Source: the human T2T-CHM13v2.0 reference genome, Homo sapiens. Taken from it: DNA of 64,000 nt. A program made the position numbers and the translations under genes. Below are positions 14,629-29,627 of the stretch, one piece after another; position 1 is the first letter of the stretch, and the number at the start of each line of letters is the position of its first letter. The DNA is taken from assembly GCF_009914755.1 (NCBI RefSeq), contig NC_060938.1, one strand, 5' to 3'. The notes beneath the pieces were generated by a model that was not told the origin of the DNA, searched no databases, and saw only the letters and a list, made by a program, of their open reading frames with translations.

Positions 14629-14708
14629 GGAAGGAAGGAAGGAAGGAAGGAAGGAAGGAAGGAAGGAAGGAAGGAAGGAAGGAAGGAAGGAAGGCAGGCA
14701 GGCAGGCA
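14629..14708. repeat. (GGAA)16(GGCA)4 microsatellite
   Basis: Counted directly: GGAA 14629-14692, GGCA 14693-14708. Confidence 0.97.
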
Positions 14709-15742
14709 GGATGAAAAGGAGGAGGAAGGCAGGCAGGCAGAAATTGGCTGTTGGACCCGGGGCTGGCCCCCGCGAGTCCTCGCCCGGCCCGCCCCACTCT
14801 GTCCAGGATCTGGGCAAGCGCTCAAAGTCTCCCCGAGGCGGCCAGAGGCACCTGCCCCTCGCCCGGCCGGGAGCAGACGCTGCCCCCTCGGGCCAGGAGC
14901 CCCAAAACCGCCTCTCCGCCTGCCTCAGCGCCTCACCCAGAGGTGGCGAGAACACCATTCATAAGACCTGCGGCTTCCCTGCCTCCAAATCCACCCCAAG
15001 TTAACCCGAGTCGTTAATCCACTAAAGCCAGCTCGCTCGCAAATACACGAGCAGACACACGCGCGATCGCCCGGAGCGCCTCCGAGATCCGGGGGCTGCC
15101 GGGGAAAGCCCGGGGCGACCACCTGGGCCCCAGCACGCCCGGGACCCGCTGCTTCCCCCGCGGTGCTCCAACTCCGGAAGGTTTGCACAAACTCCCCGCG
15201 AGCGATCGGAAGGCGAAGAGCGCCCTGCAAACTCCGGAGCCTCCGCGGTCCGTCCGCTGGACCCAGCGGACCCAGCGGCGGGGCGGGGGCCGCGGGCTCG
15301 GGGGTGCGGGGCTCGGCCAAGTACACCGAGGCGGCCACTGCCCGACGCTCGCCCCCCGCCCAGCAGCCCCCGAAGCCGCGCTCCCTGCCCGCGAGGCGGG
15401 GGACTCCGGGGACCGCGCCGTCCCCGAGCTCCCGCGACCCCCCTGCTGTAGAGCGCTCGAGCGCCGGGCTTCTCCGCCTGCAACCCCTATATCTGGCTCT
15501 CTCTGCAATTTAGCAGAACACAAATGTAACAATTTTCTTCTTGTTAATTGCATCTCCTGACATTTCTGCGCGTTGGGGGAAAAAAAGAAGATGAAGAAGT
15601 AAGAGCTGAAAGAAGAGAGAAGCCCCGCCGCGGCTGGAGGCGCCTGCAAGCGCAATGCTCTGGCAGCGCTCGCCACGCAGAAGGCGCCTTTTTTTTCATA
15701 TTGAAACCACGCGGAATATGTACATTTTTTAGTCTTACTTAC

Positions 15743-15774
15743 GCTTTCAGGGGGTTGTGAATGACAGTCGCCAT
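15743..15774 (-). CDS. DPF3: DPF3 (BAF45C) canonical first coding exon, MATVIHNPLK(A); gene continues beyond the left edge of the window
   Basis: Minus strand reads ATGGCGACTGTCATTCACAACCCCCTGAAAGC|GTAAGT. The translation matches the known DPF3 N-terminus, with a consensus donor (phase 2), inside a CpG island. Confidence 0.96.
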
Positions 15775-15910
15775 TTTGCTACAATGTAACAGAATATTGT
15801 CTGTCTCAGAGTTCTAAAGGTTCGCTCAGGGGAAGCGACGGGCCAATCACAGCGCGGGATACCGGCCCGCCGGCCAATCGGCGCTGCTGGTAGCTAGGTG
15901 GGCGGGGCCT
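15770..15910 (-). promoter_or_regulatory. DPF3 proximal promoter: two CCAAT boxes, GC box, YY1-like motif over the ATG
   Basis: CCAAT at 15843 and 15874 (31 bp apart), GGGCGGGG at 15900-15907, and CAAAATGGCG on the minus strand overlapping the start codon. Confidence 0.7.
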
Positions 15911-18452
15911 GCGCCGTGGTAGTTATTAGGGGAGCTGTCAAAGCCCAGAGGTCACTCCCTTTTGTAGAGCCCGAGAGCCAGCAGGTCTTAAAGGGGCAGT
16001 ACAGCGCTGGTAGCTCCTTTTCGGGCTGGGGAAAGTGGAGACGCACGGGAGAGTATTATAGTTTGGTTTAACTCCCTACTTTTCTAAATAACTGCAGAAG
16101 AGTTTGCGCTCCCGGACAGAAATATTTAAATATTGCCAGCAAGCCACTGAATCCTATTCATTAGCCTTTGGCTTTGCGTATCAACATTTTTAATCCCCCA
16201 AAGGGTAAATCCCCGTGTTTCAGTGCAAAAGTTGGAAGGCTGCCGTTTCGTGTTAACAAATTACTACATGTGCTCTGCCGTTTGCTAATGCTCTGGGTCC
16301 TGCCGCTTTTTAATATTCTTATTCCCGAAGTGTTCTCTTTATCTCGGCCACCTTCCTCTCTCGCTTCTTGGAACTGTCGCTGCTGTTCCTGGCGACTCCA
16401 GGACAGCAACTCACCCTCCCCCTGGAACGTCTCAATGTCAGGCTCGCTCCCTCCTGCAGCCAGGGCTTTCCTTACGTAGTGCAGGGGGGTTACTCTGCGC
16501 GGTTCCCCGCTACCACCCCTTCGGTTCTTCCCTCTACACCAGAAACTTCCAAAATGCTCAGATTCCTGCTAGGTGGTGGGACCTGGAGCTCTGATCTTTA
16601 GGCTTAGGGGTAGGGAGGACTTAAGGCAACCTTTGGAAACTTTCTACTGCTAGGAAGCAAGTGACTAGGCAGAAGTTGTAGAGCCTGGACTGGGTGTTAT
16701 CAGGGTCCCTTTAGAGGAGTGGCACACGCGATTCTGGCGTCACCTTTCACTACTTAGATAGAAGGTGGAAAGAATTTGCTAATGAATAATCCGATGTGAC
16801 CCGAGGCGTCCAATGAGTCTGTGTCTGCTTCAAGTCAGTGTGAACTCTTCACTGGCGAGCCCCTGACAAAATTGGGAGACTTCTGCGAAGTCAGGCTTCC
16901 ACTGGGCACCGGGAAGCTCTGGGGGGATGAAATCGCATTAAATCGCGAATAGGGTAGGGGCCTCGTTAGCATACAGAAGTCTGGCTACCATTCCAAAGCT
17001 GTTTAATCAGATCAAATAGCTAAGATAGTGGGGGAGGGGTGGCAAGGGGAGAGAAGTTGCCAAATTGCCAGTTCTTCAAAGCTATGCCCTCTCGCTTCCT
17101 TTTGCTCCTCTCAAGACAATGAATAAAATAAAATAAACATTCCAGAATTTTAAGAGTTCAACTACATACACTATTAGATTTACAGATAAACAGAACGTGG
17201 CTGAATCACTATGTTTTTAAAAGATTTGAAATCTTTAACTTCTCTCTGCGTATTTAAGAAGCAGAATTGAGTTCTATAGATTCCTTTGTAAATCCTTTGC
17301 ATAGCATCTTGGCAGAGATTACAGTTTGAAAAAGTTATCTCCTTTTCCAAAATTGAAGTCTGAAAAATCCCTTCTTTACTAATTTGACAAGAAATTGGTT
17401 CAGAAGCCTATACTTTGCCTGAGGTGGGCCTTGACATCATTGAAAAGCAAGAACTGTATTCTGACCCAAGAAGTATGAGTTTGAATTATCAGTTAGAACT
17501 CCCAATAACCTCTTTGAGGTATCAAAGACACAACAATTCAGATTAGTAGACGACAACGTATTTTCTTACATGCAGCCTGATAAAGGAGGAAATGTAGAGC
17601 ATGTCCTGAACAAGATTTACAATGGGGGAAGAGAGAAAAAACAAATGTATATTACATATTAAAGAAAACACATACTCTAAGCATGTACATATCATTTATT
17701 GTGTTAAGGCCTGGATGCAGAAACCAGCATAATCTCTAACTACCTAACGAACTTGAAAATGTCAGATCAGATTTATTGATTGGATTGGAAAATAGTGAAT
17801 TAAAGACAGTACTTTAAAAAAAAAAAAAGGATAGCCTTGCTTTTTGTAACCCAATGGAATGTCATTTTAACTCTATCAATACAGTTATGACTTTTAAAGA
17901 AACACTTATATTTAACAAAAGAGTTATTTTACTTTAGTGTTTACATTATAGATCAAAATATAAAGATTTCTTTTTTTTTTTTTTTTAACCAGAAGGTTCA
18001 AAAGCAAAGAGTAGGCATGTTTAAAGAGGACAGTATCCTTAAACAGTTTTGGAGAAGTTTGGCAGTTCTGGGGCAATTTCATAGTGCTGTACATGGCAGA
18101 AGTATGAGCTCTGGAATCTACCAGCCTGAGTCCACTATTTACCAGCTGGGTTACCTTGGGCATATTTACTTGCCAGGATTAAATGAGGTAATACATGTCA
18201 AGTGTCTGACACACAGCAAGCTTTCAATCCATGTTATTATTTCTTACAGAGATAATTAATTCTTTCCTTACGGCATATGGAATGTAGGGAATCCAAAAAA
18301 CAAGGCACAACAGAAAGTGAAATTAGCCATCACATTTAGTTTTCTAAACTCATTAATCCAAGAAAAATGAGCAAATGGACAACTTGGATTAGAATAAAAT
18401 AATAAATAAGAATGATGTTTCAATAAGGGGTCACATAACTACATAACCCTAA

Positions 18453-19092
<640 letters not shown>

Positions 19093-19258
19093 GCCTAAAA
19101 TCCCATTTCTAAAGCTCCATAGCTATTCATATATTTGAATACACTTCATTGTATTCTATCCCTTTTATCTTGATTTAGCTAGTTAGGCAGCTTAATTTGG
19201 AGAGCAGAGTGGCCCCAGAATAATCACCTCCACATCTCACCTGGAGAATGTTGAGCTT

Positions 19259-19571
19259 CACTGTCCAATATAGGAGCCATGGGCCACAGGTGACTACTGA
19301 GCACTTGAAATGTGGCTACTCCCAATTGAGATGCGCTGTAAGTATAAAACAATGCACCTGATTTCAAAGACTTAGGACAAATAGAAGGTAAAATATCTCA
19401 TTATAATTTTTACATTGATCATTTGTTGAAATGATATTTTGGATTTACTGGATTAAAGAAAATATGTTATGAAGACTAATTTCACCTATTTCTTTTTACT
19501 TTTTTTTAATGTGGCCACTAGGAAATTTTAAATTGTACATGTGGATGGCATTGTATTTTTATTGTACAGTG
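19259..19571. mobile_element. MER33 (hAT-Charlie) DNA transposon
   Basis: TIR-like ends CACTGTCCAATA / TATTGTACAGTG and core GAGCACTTGAAATGTGGCTA. Confidence 0.8.
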
Positions 19572-19792
19572 TTGCACTGTACAATAAAATGAAGAGATCT
19601 GCCTTTTTGCACTGTACAATAAAAACATATAAGAAGTGTGTGTCACCAGGGAAAGAAGTGTGGGGACCATTCTCAACCATGTTAACTCACCCTTGATGTC
19701 AGTGAGTGAAACTCCCTGGCCCAGCTCAAGTATTTGTTGAATGCCATCCGTTTGAAGGAACACTGGGCACAACCAAGGACCCAAGAACCTAA

Positions 19793-20230
<438 letters not shown>

Positions 20231-21329
20231 TAAAGGCACATGTAAACATGAGAGAGAAGTAAGAGAAGGAGACACAGGTCTTCCAAACAGCCAAAGAGTT
20301 CATTTGAAAGAGGAAGTGTGCCACAAAAGCCATCCAAAACAAATGCAGTTCCTAATGGACTTCAAGAGCTGAAGGGGTTTTAAGTCCCATGGGGATTAAA
20401 AACAAGAACAAGCTCACCCTCAATCCCTCCGTCCATCCACAGAGCAACCAGCCATGGCCTCAGCGACTGGTTGGCTGTGCTGGTTCCCTGAGATCCAGAA
20501 CCAGCTCTGATATGTTCCTCCAGGCACTGAGCTGAAGAGGAAGAGGAATCCTTTGGAAGAAAAGGGAGCATCAAAACTGCGATCTAATTTTCTCTGTTCC
20601 TGGGGGAATGTTGGGAGAGGAGTTTTTAGGCCCTTCACAGTATCTCAGTGTGTACAAACACACACACACAATCAATTTCTCAGAATGCGAGATGCTCCTG
20701 GGGTAGTCCTTTGAAACCTCATAATTCAGGGCAGAGTCAAATAGAATCAATGTTTACTGCTGCTCACTAACTTAGTTCATTCATTCATTCATTCATTCAG
20801 TCACTGGAGGCTTTCTCTAAGGGAGGCATTGCGCTAGGCACAGGTGGCAAAATAAAAATAAACCAGATGTGGAAACAATTCTCAAAAAGCAATTTCCATC
20901 CATCTGGAGACAGAATAAAGACAGTAGGCCCAACCCTGTGAGCAAGTAGAGCAATTACTTGATGTGACTTAAAAGGAAGCAGCAGCCTGCCCAGCCAGTC
21001 TTCTTTTCCTGGCCTGGTGCCCGTAATCCAAAGGGTTCATCCTTGAGTGTTTGTTGAATGCATTCACTCCTTTGGGTTTTCAAGGTTTCAAGGTATTGAG
21101 ATTTTCACAGATTTGTACAAAACAAAGGAGAAGAAGGAGAACTGATACATATCAAAGAACGTCAGTGGAGGGAGGGGGTAGTTCTTGAGCATTTCTAACG
21201 CTGGTCGAGGGAAAGACTTCAAGGAGAAGGTCATATTTAAATTGGGCCTTGCTTGGGGAGCTCTTAGAAATAAGCCAAGGGGTGAAAGGCCTTCTACACC
21301 AAAACCATAACCTAGCAACAGCTAATTCA

Positions 21330-22060
21330 TATAGCAAATATTTGTAGATTATCTACTGCTGGGCCTTGGAGTACAGAAAGACCTAAGAAAACCCCCATAA
21401 CCCCACTTTAAAGGGATCATATTTGAGAGATGGGGTGGGAGGAGAAGGCAGTTACAAGGCAGAAACAGGAAGCCGCGGAGCTCAGGGCACTGTGGGGCTG
21501 GATGAAGAGCACCTGCCAGAACACAGAAGGTCAGGATCGTCTTCCTAGAAGAGCTGATGCCTGAGCTAAGTCCCGGATGACCTGGAGGAGGAAAGGGTGT
21601 CCCTACAGAGATGGCAGCACCTTCAGGGAAGTGGGAGAGGGCACTGTGATTTCAAGAGATCCCTCTGGTAGGAAGGTAATTTATGCAGAGGGATGAGTGA
21701 GACAGAGAAAGCAGAAGCAAGGAGCGGGTGTTATTGCTAAAAAATGTGTTTCATCTGGGAGGCCATCAGGCAACACCAAAAGATTTTAAGCTAGGAGTGA
21801 AAATGAAGACATCTGCCTTTTTTTACAAGTTCATTCCAGCAGCAGCATGACCATGGATTGAAAGCTGAGCTGCAGGCCTGGGAACCTGTTAAGGGGCTGT
21901 GGCAGCCCAGGATGAGGTATACAGGGCAGAATCAGTGGCTTCTAAGGAAGTAGAATCGGCAGGACTTGGTGACTGGCATGCTGTGGGTTTGAGGGACACA
22001 GGAGGGGCCCTGGATGATGCACCTGGGAATGGACATTGGTCAGCTTGGTCTTGACTGGAG
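21330..22060. mobile_element. L2 fragments
   Basis: Diverged L2 motifs (GATTTTAAGC, GTAGAATCGGCAGGACTTGGTGACTGG). Confidence 0.55.
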
Positions 22061-22487
22061 AAACACACAGTCAAGGCCAAGGCCTGAGGGCTGGAGGCCA
22101 ATGAAGCACTGAGATTTTCTGTCATGGAGCAGGGGTTTGCCTTACTAGAAAACCTTAATCCTCCATCCCCAACACTTCCCTAATGTTGGTATAAATCTAT
22201 CCCCTGGGGCAATGGTGGGTAACCTAGGCTGAGAGGCTGTGAGAGGCTGAGATTGTCTTAATATCCCCCTCCACGCAACAGTGCCAGCTTTCCTTCCTCT
22301 AAGGACTTCACCTTCAGTGGGAGCCTCTTCCAAATTCCCTTCTTCTAATCCCCATCCTTTCCTTTACGACATGCTCTGAATTGATTTAAAGGAGTTTCCC
22401 TCCTGGGTGGTTGCATTTTAAGAGGGAATTCTAGGACACCTCAAAACCTACACAAGGAAGGGATTAAGACTTCATAAGATACACAGT

Positions 22488-22496
22488 ACACACACA

Positions 22497-22529
<33 letters not shown>
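22488..22529. repeat. Compound (CA)/(CT)/(CA) microsatellite
   Basis: Seen directly. Confidence 0.9.
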
Positions 22530-24369
22530 GTGCATAAGTAGTGGCTTGATTAGAACCTCAGACACCAGGAAAGCCAGCAGATGGAATATTTTTACACAGG
22601 AGGTTTCTCCACTCAAATCACACAGAGTAATCACAGTCTACTCTAAAGACCAGCCCCAGCCCCCTTCTCCCTCACTAACACCAGACCATCTCAAGTGGGC
22701 CTCGGGTCTTCTTCCTGATAAAGCCACTGGTTGCAGAGCTCTCATGGGGTCTATTTATTTAAGATGGCTAACTCTCCTCTCTCTCTTCCACCCTCCTCTA
22801 CCTGCCAAGTCCACATTTTCCAAGTCCTCCTTCAGCCCACCCACATGGACACCATATCTGAAATCCTGGTAGTTCTTCTGTCCTAAGTCAAAGCAACTGG
22901 CAAGGCCTCCTGCAGACAGGGACAGAATGGAACAGGAGAAAAAAACTGTCCCTTATTACCACCATGGGGAGTGACCAAGACATGCATGAACAAAATTCCT
23001 TAAAACTATACATACATGTGAAGAAAGAAAATTCACCCCTTGGCCATTTCTTGGTTAGAGAAGCTTTTTTTCATCTGCAAAGGTGGATGCCTCAAAGGCC
23101 CCCAAAGAGGGCTTTCTACAGGGTGTTGCTTTAAGTGTGGTGACACTCCCAGGCACCTGTTTCCCTCACTCACGACATTTACATGACCTCAGGCTTCTAC
23201 TCTGTCATTAGTCAGGAATCATCCAGGAGAAGTCTACAAGCCAAGCACAGGAGGGCATATTAAGTCTTGTTGTCCTGCAGATATTTACACCACCATATAA
23301 AAATAGGTGACCGCAGCAGGAGAGATGGATGGAAGCCACGGAACCTAAAATGTCCCCCACTCTGGCAAAGAGGGAGACAGAGGCCTGCTGAAATAAAGCA
23401 GGTGTTTTCTGTTCTCAGACAGCCTCGGGCAATGAACTCTGGCCTGTATAGTTGCAAAAGGACCTCAACTCCATGTTTATGCTACTCCAGAGGAAAAGAG
23501 AAGAAGGTGAGCAAATGTTCCTAAAGCCCACAGAGGGCCCTGTGCATTTTAAATGCATCTAAGCCAACAGGGCAGCCAGGCTGAGGACAACTTCTCCAAT
23601 GCAGCAATGGGTTCTGGGACAGAGGCACAGCCCAGAGAACCCCGAAGTAAATAAAGATAGAGGAAATGGAGCAGGGAAAATCAGCGAGGTGGGACTGCTG
23701 AGAGAAGGGAAAAAATGGAAGTAATTGGTTCTGGTAAGGGGAAAGGCAAAAAATCCAATAAAATGGGACTATTAAAGACCTAAGCAGCAAAGGAAATTTA
23801 TTTTCTGTACCTGGAATCCCAAAGTCATCAGATGCTCTTTGTTCTCACCAATCAAAGGATAACACGACTTATTGTGTCCATGTACAACAGACACATATTT
23901 GTATTGTCACCATATTGTAATAGTTGTAACTCAATGACAATTCTGAAAGTGAGGGCTATTTTCTAGACACAAGTGGGCTCATTAACAGCGACTCTGAAAG
24001 CCACCATGTTTCTAGAAAGGCTTTTGATAAAGCTGATGGTAAACATTTTAATCGTAGCCATTCAGTAGCTTAAATCTAACACCTATTTGGATTAAATATA
24101 TCTCAAGTTAGGCACTTGCTGCTTTGGGTTTTTGCACAGTTTTATGAATAGCTCTATTAAAATACTTGTATTTTAGTACATCTCATTTTCTGTTTTCCTA
24201 TCCCACAAGGTGTAGAGGCCAGATAGGACACCTTAAATCTCCAGAGTCTGGCCCAAGGCCTAGCAGATGGTTAATAATTGGTAGTTGCAAGAATAAGTAA
24301 AAGCACAAATTACTAAATCTAGTGATATAAATCCCTCCCCATTAAAAAAAAAAAAAAAAAAAAAAAAAG

Positions 24370-24510
24370 CTAGGCCCAGCCAGGTGGCTCACACCTATAA
24401 TCCCAACGGTTTGGGAGACCAAGACAGGGAGGATGGCTTGAGGCCAGGAGTTCAAAACCAGCCTGAGCAACATAGTGAGACTCTCTCTCTATTTACAAAA
24501 AAAAAAAAAA
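24370..24510 (+). mobile_element. FLAM / Alu left monomer preceded by A25
   Basis: Alu monomer consensus. Confidence 0.85.
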
Positions 24511-25420
24511 TCTACTCCATACCTACTAGGTGGCTAAAATCAAAAAGTCAAAAATAACAATTGTTATTAAGAACAGAGAAATGGAGAAATCAGAACCCTA
24601 ATATGCTGATGGTGTAATTGTAAAATGGTCCAGCTGTTTTGGGAAGCAGTCCAGCAGTTCCACAAATGACTAAACATAGAGTTACCATGTGACCCAGCTA
24701 TTCCACTCCTAGGTATATCTCCAAGAGAAATGAAAACATATGTCCACAAAGAAATAGGACATGAATGTTTATGGCAGCATTATTCACAATATCCAAAAGG
24801 TGGAAGCAACCCAAATGTCCATCAACAGACAAATAGATAAGCCAAAGGTGGTGTATCCATACAAGAGAACATTATTTCGCCGTAAAAAAAAATAAAAGTA
24901 CTGTTACATGCTACAATACAACATGGATGAATCATGAAAACATAGTGCTAAGTGAAAGAAGCCAGTCACAAAAGACTGCACACTCTATGATTCAATTCTC
25001 ATGAAATTCCAGAATATGGAAATCCACAGGGCCAGGAAGGAGATTAGTGGTTACTCAGGGCTGGAGACGGCAAGTGTGTGGGAATAGGAGGGGGACAGCT
25101 GAACGATATGGGGTTTCTTCTCGAGGTGATGAAAATGTTCTCAAATTGACTGTGGTGATGGCTGCACATATCTCTGGATATACTAAACACTATTGAACTG
25201 TGTACTTTGTTTGTTTGTTTGTTTTTAGAGACAGTATCTCACTATGTTGCCCAGGCTGGACTCCTGGGCTAAAGGATCCTCCCACCTCAAGTGACCACAG
25301 CAGGAGAGATGGATGGAAGCCATGGAACCAGCTTTGTACACTATAATGCCCAGCTTTGTACACTATAAGTGGGTAAATTTTATGGTATATGAATTATATC
25401 TCAATTAAGCTATTTTTAAA
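24510..25420 (+). mobile_element. L1MB 3' end with a rearranged FLAM inserted at about 25207-25355
   Basis: GACCCAGCTATTCCACTCCTAGGTATAT, CAACCCAAATGTCCATCAAC, GAATTATATCTCAAT. Confidence 0.85.
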
Positions 25421-25552
25421 AATTCTCTACTCATAATAAATACCAGAAATTTCTGTGGCTATTTTCTCCTTTAGAACTGTGTTAAACAGGTAGAAAATGG
25501 AGACTATTAGAAGAGATTCAATTTTCAATTTGGTGCTTCTATATTTATATGA

Positions 25553-25671
25553 AGCCTGAAGGCTGAGGTGGGAGGATTGCCTAAGTCCAGAGGTCAAGGC
25601 TGCAGTGAGCCATGATTACACCACTGTACTCCAGCCTGAGCTACAAAGCAAGACAGAAAAAAAAAAAAAAA
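25553..25671 (+). mobile_element. Alu right-arm fragment
   Basis: GGCTGAGGTGGGAGGATTG...CACTGTACTCCAGCCTG plus A-tail. Confidence 0.85.
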
Positions 25672-27074
25672 TCTTGTATATTAGCTACTCTGGAGTGACT
25701 CCTCAAATGAAGTCTCACAATGCGGGCTGAACTGAGAACCTGTTTTACTTAATGACCAAAGCTACTCCTACCTCAAATTTGGGTTTCTTTTAAGTTCTGA
25801 GATATAGTGCGGGTAGGAGGGACAATTCCATCTGAATTGAGGTCCTTTTTCAGTTTTATAATGTCTTTAGCTAGTTTTGATCATGAATTATGAATTTTGG
25901 ATAAACTTTCATGTGACAAAACCAAGGAACAAAAACAAGGAATATGACTGGAAGCACTGATGACAATATCAAATAGTATAAAAGTCTAAGGAAGGAGGGT
26001 GGTAGTGGAGAAAGAGAAATCCAAAAACCCTAGAACTGAATCCCAGCTTGACTACTTCCAAGGTACACAACCTCTGGCAGGTGACTTGACCATGAACCTC
26101 AGTGTACTCATCTGTAAAATGGGGCTATTCATACCAGCTTCTGCATGTGATACTGTAAGTGACATAAAGAAGAGTAACTGACACATAGTCAACACTTGAG
26201 AAATACTTCTCCCTTCTTCCCAGATAGAAAATGCAAAATTGAGAACTCATTGATGCTGAACAGGAACAAAGAAGGGAAAGAACAGATGAGAAGGAATGGT
26301 GGAGTTAGAGGGAGTCTGAGTTAACAGAATGAGACCAAACAAATTCATTGTAGCCAGATAGTCCTGGACCAAAATGGGAGATAAGGCTTGCCTGTGTTCA
26401 AGGAAAAGGGGCATTAGACAAAACAGAGAGCAAAATGAGAACCGGACTGGTCTGTCTGTAAGCCTTTTGAGGTTTAGAAAGGAGCCAGTCCTTTCGAGAG
26501 CTTCATGCTGAGATATTCTGGAATTAGATAGGGATGTGGTGGATGACAGCAGGATGGGATTAAATGCAACAACCAGGATATGCAATTACTAACAAGTTAC
26601 TCACTGTTCTCAGGGATAGTCCAAAAGCCTGGGTTTTAGGAAAGCAAGCCTTAATGGAAACAAACCAACGTCTAGTCCACATTAGAGTGTCTCCTTCTTT
26701 GATGCCCCATTGGGAGGAGGATGAAGTTGTGCAACTGTTTTTTGCTGAAGAGTAAAACAAGTTTTCAAACAGTGCCCTAAATCCCAGTGCCCAAATTTGT
26801 TACTGGCAATTGGGCGCCCTCTAGTGTCAGTGAGCAGGGATGCCACCCTTTGAAAGTCATAAAGTTGGGAAATCCTGTTGGGTTCCAGCTCTAGAAGGAA
26901 CTGCCAAACAGCAATATTTACATGGGTACCTGGAAGGCAGGAAAAGGTTGAAGGAGCACCACTATGACACAAACGAGTTCTTCTGTCAAGAAGTTCTGGA
27001 ACATAGTAAGTATTCATGAGATGTTTGTTGAAAGTGAATGACAATTAGGGCCATGACAGACAGTCCTGCATTAA

Positions 27075-27485
<411 letters not shown>

Positions 27486-27592
27486 TGATATAGTTGAGTA
27501 AGAACCATGGCTAGATCACTTAGCTGAAATTAAAGAAATTACTCCACTGGATCAACCAAAATATACATGTTGTAACAAAAGTAAATCCTCTT

Positions 27593-28045
<453 letters not shown>

Positions 28046-29151
28046 CTATGCTGAGTCAGATGGGGGGAAAAAAATGCCCACTTCCATAGCCAGAGCTGTT
28101 TTTGCATCAGATCTGTTATTCATTGAGAGCAGAAGAAAAAATTAACCTCACACACTTACCTCAAATTGTTTGCCCATCTAGTTCGTTTGTTGCCAGAAAC
28201 TTAGATTCAGTAGACTCAACAGCACATGAAGCAAGAATTCCCGAACTATTCCAGTTTTGCCCAGAAGGAATGCAAGGCATGAGAAGAAAAAAATTAAAAA
28301 AAAAAAAAAACAGCCTTAGTATGCACTGATCCACTTCGCTCATAGTGCCCTGATTGCTGGGGTAGCCAGCAATGCTTTGGAACCTGCCTTCTCCCTGCTG
28401 CAAGAACTTGGAGAGACATTCCCTGTGCAACCCCTGTGCAAATATAAGACATGCACCATGCCACTTTCATTTTGTTTCTTTTATTTTTTCATCTTTTTTT
28501 CTTTTTGTTGCTTACACCTGTAACAAAACTGCAACCCACACTACTTTCTTTGCTCATGAAACCTACAACACCTTCTGCTTCTTCCTTTGTGAATGCCATG
28601 TTGTACCTGTAGCCTATATCTATGTCCCCTGAATGGTCAAGTACCTGAACTTGAACATCCAGCAGAATGGCCTCAAATGTTATTTTACAGATTAGCCCTG
28701 CCCTGCCTTGTGGAAAAGCCCCAGAGGCCACACCTACCCATGGCTGATGTTTCAAATGACTATTCATTTGTCCCGGAAGTCACAGACAGATTTATGCCTC
28801 AGACACTCTGCAAAGAGGTACCCAGAGCACAGACTGAAAACTCAAATAATTATTCCCAATCTTCTTTCTGGGATCAGGAGAATAAATGGAGAGCAGATGC
28901 CTTAAATGCATCAAGAGCACATGGTGCTGCTGGAAAAGGGGTGCAAATCTGTCCCCCACACAAAGCCCTTTAGGAAAGGATGTCCAAGCACTCTGGAACT
29001 TACTCTACATTTCTAAAAGCGGGGTGAATCCCAAGGGGCTGGGCCTAGCCTGGGGGCGCTTTTGCATGCAGACCAGCCACTAGAGCAGGACCTGGTCTCC
29101 CAAGAAAGTCAGGGTCTCGCTGTCTTGCCCAGGCTGGTCTTGAAATCCTGC

Positions 29152-29627
29152 TGTCAGAGGCGTGTGAACCAGAGCAACTCCATATTAAATAGGAGCTGGG
29201 TAAAATGAGGCTGAAACCTACTGGGCTGCATTCTCAGTAAGCTAAGGTATTCTAAGTCACAGGATGAGATAGGAAGTCAGCATAAAATACAGGTCATAAA
29301 GAACTTGCTGATAAAACAGGCTGCAGTAAAGGAGTCGGCCAAAACCAAAATGGTGATAAGAGTGACCTCTGGTCGTCCTCACTGCTACACTCCCACCAGC
29401 GCCATGACAGTGTACAAATGCCACGGCAACGTCAGGAAGTTACCCTATATGGTCTAAAAAGGGGAGGCATGAATAATCAACCCCTTGTTTAGCATATCAT
29501 CAAGAAATAACCATAAAAATGGGCAACCAGCAGCCCTCAGGGCTGCTCTGTCTATGGAGTAGCCATTCTTTTATTCTTTTACTTTCTTAATAAACTTGCT
29601 TTCACTTTGCAAAAAAAAAAAAAAAAA
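29152..29627 (+). mobile_element. MER41A (ERV1) LTR, U3-R only, ending in poly(A)
   Basis: Starts TGTCAGAGGCGTGTGAACCAGAGCAACTCCAT. AATAAA at 29589-29594, A17 at 29611-29627, no U5. Confidence 0.88.

Larger units (their letters stand above)
13730..16060. promoter_or_regulatory. CpG island over the DPF3 promoter, first exons and 5' intron 1
   Basis: Very high GC and CpG density, especially 14300-15950. Confidence 0.9.

Noticed and set aside
14154-15760. Overlapping long ORFs up to 220 aa on both strands, including (PSFL)n
   Set aside because: They result from stop-codon scarcity in a CpG island and from the GGAA repeat, and none is a recognisable protein.
29152-29610. MER41 as an interferon/STAT1 enhancer
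   Set aside because: This copy looks like MER41A and I see no TTCNNNGAA GAS pair, which is the MER41B feature.
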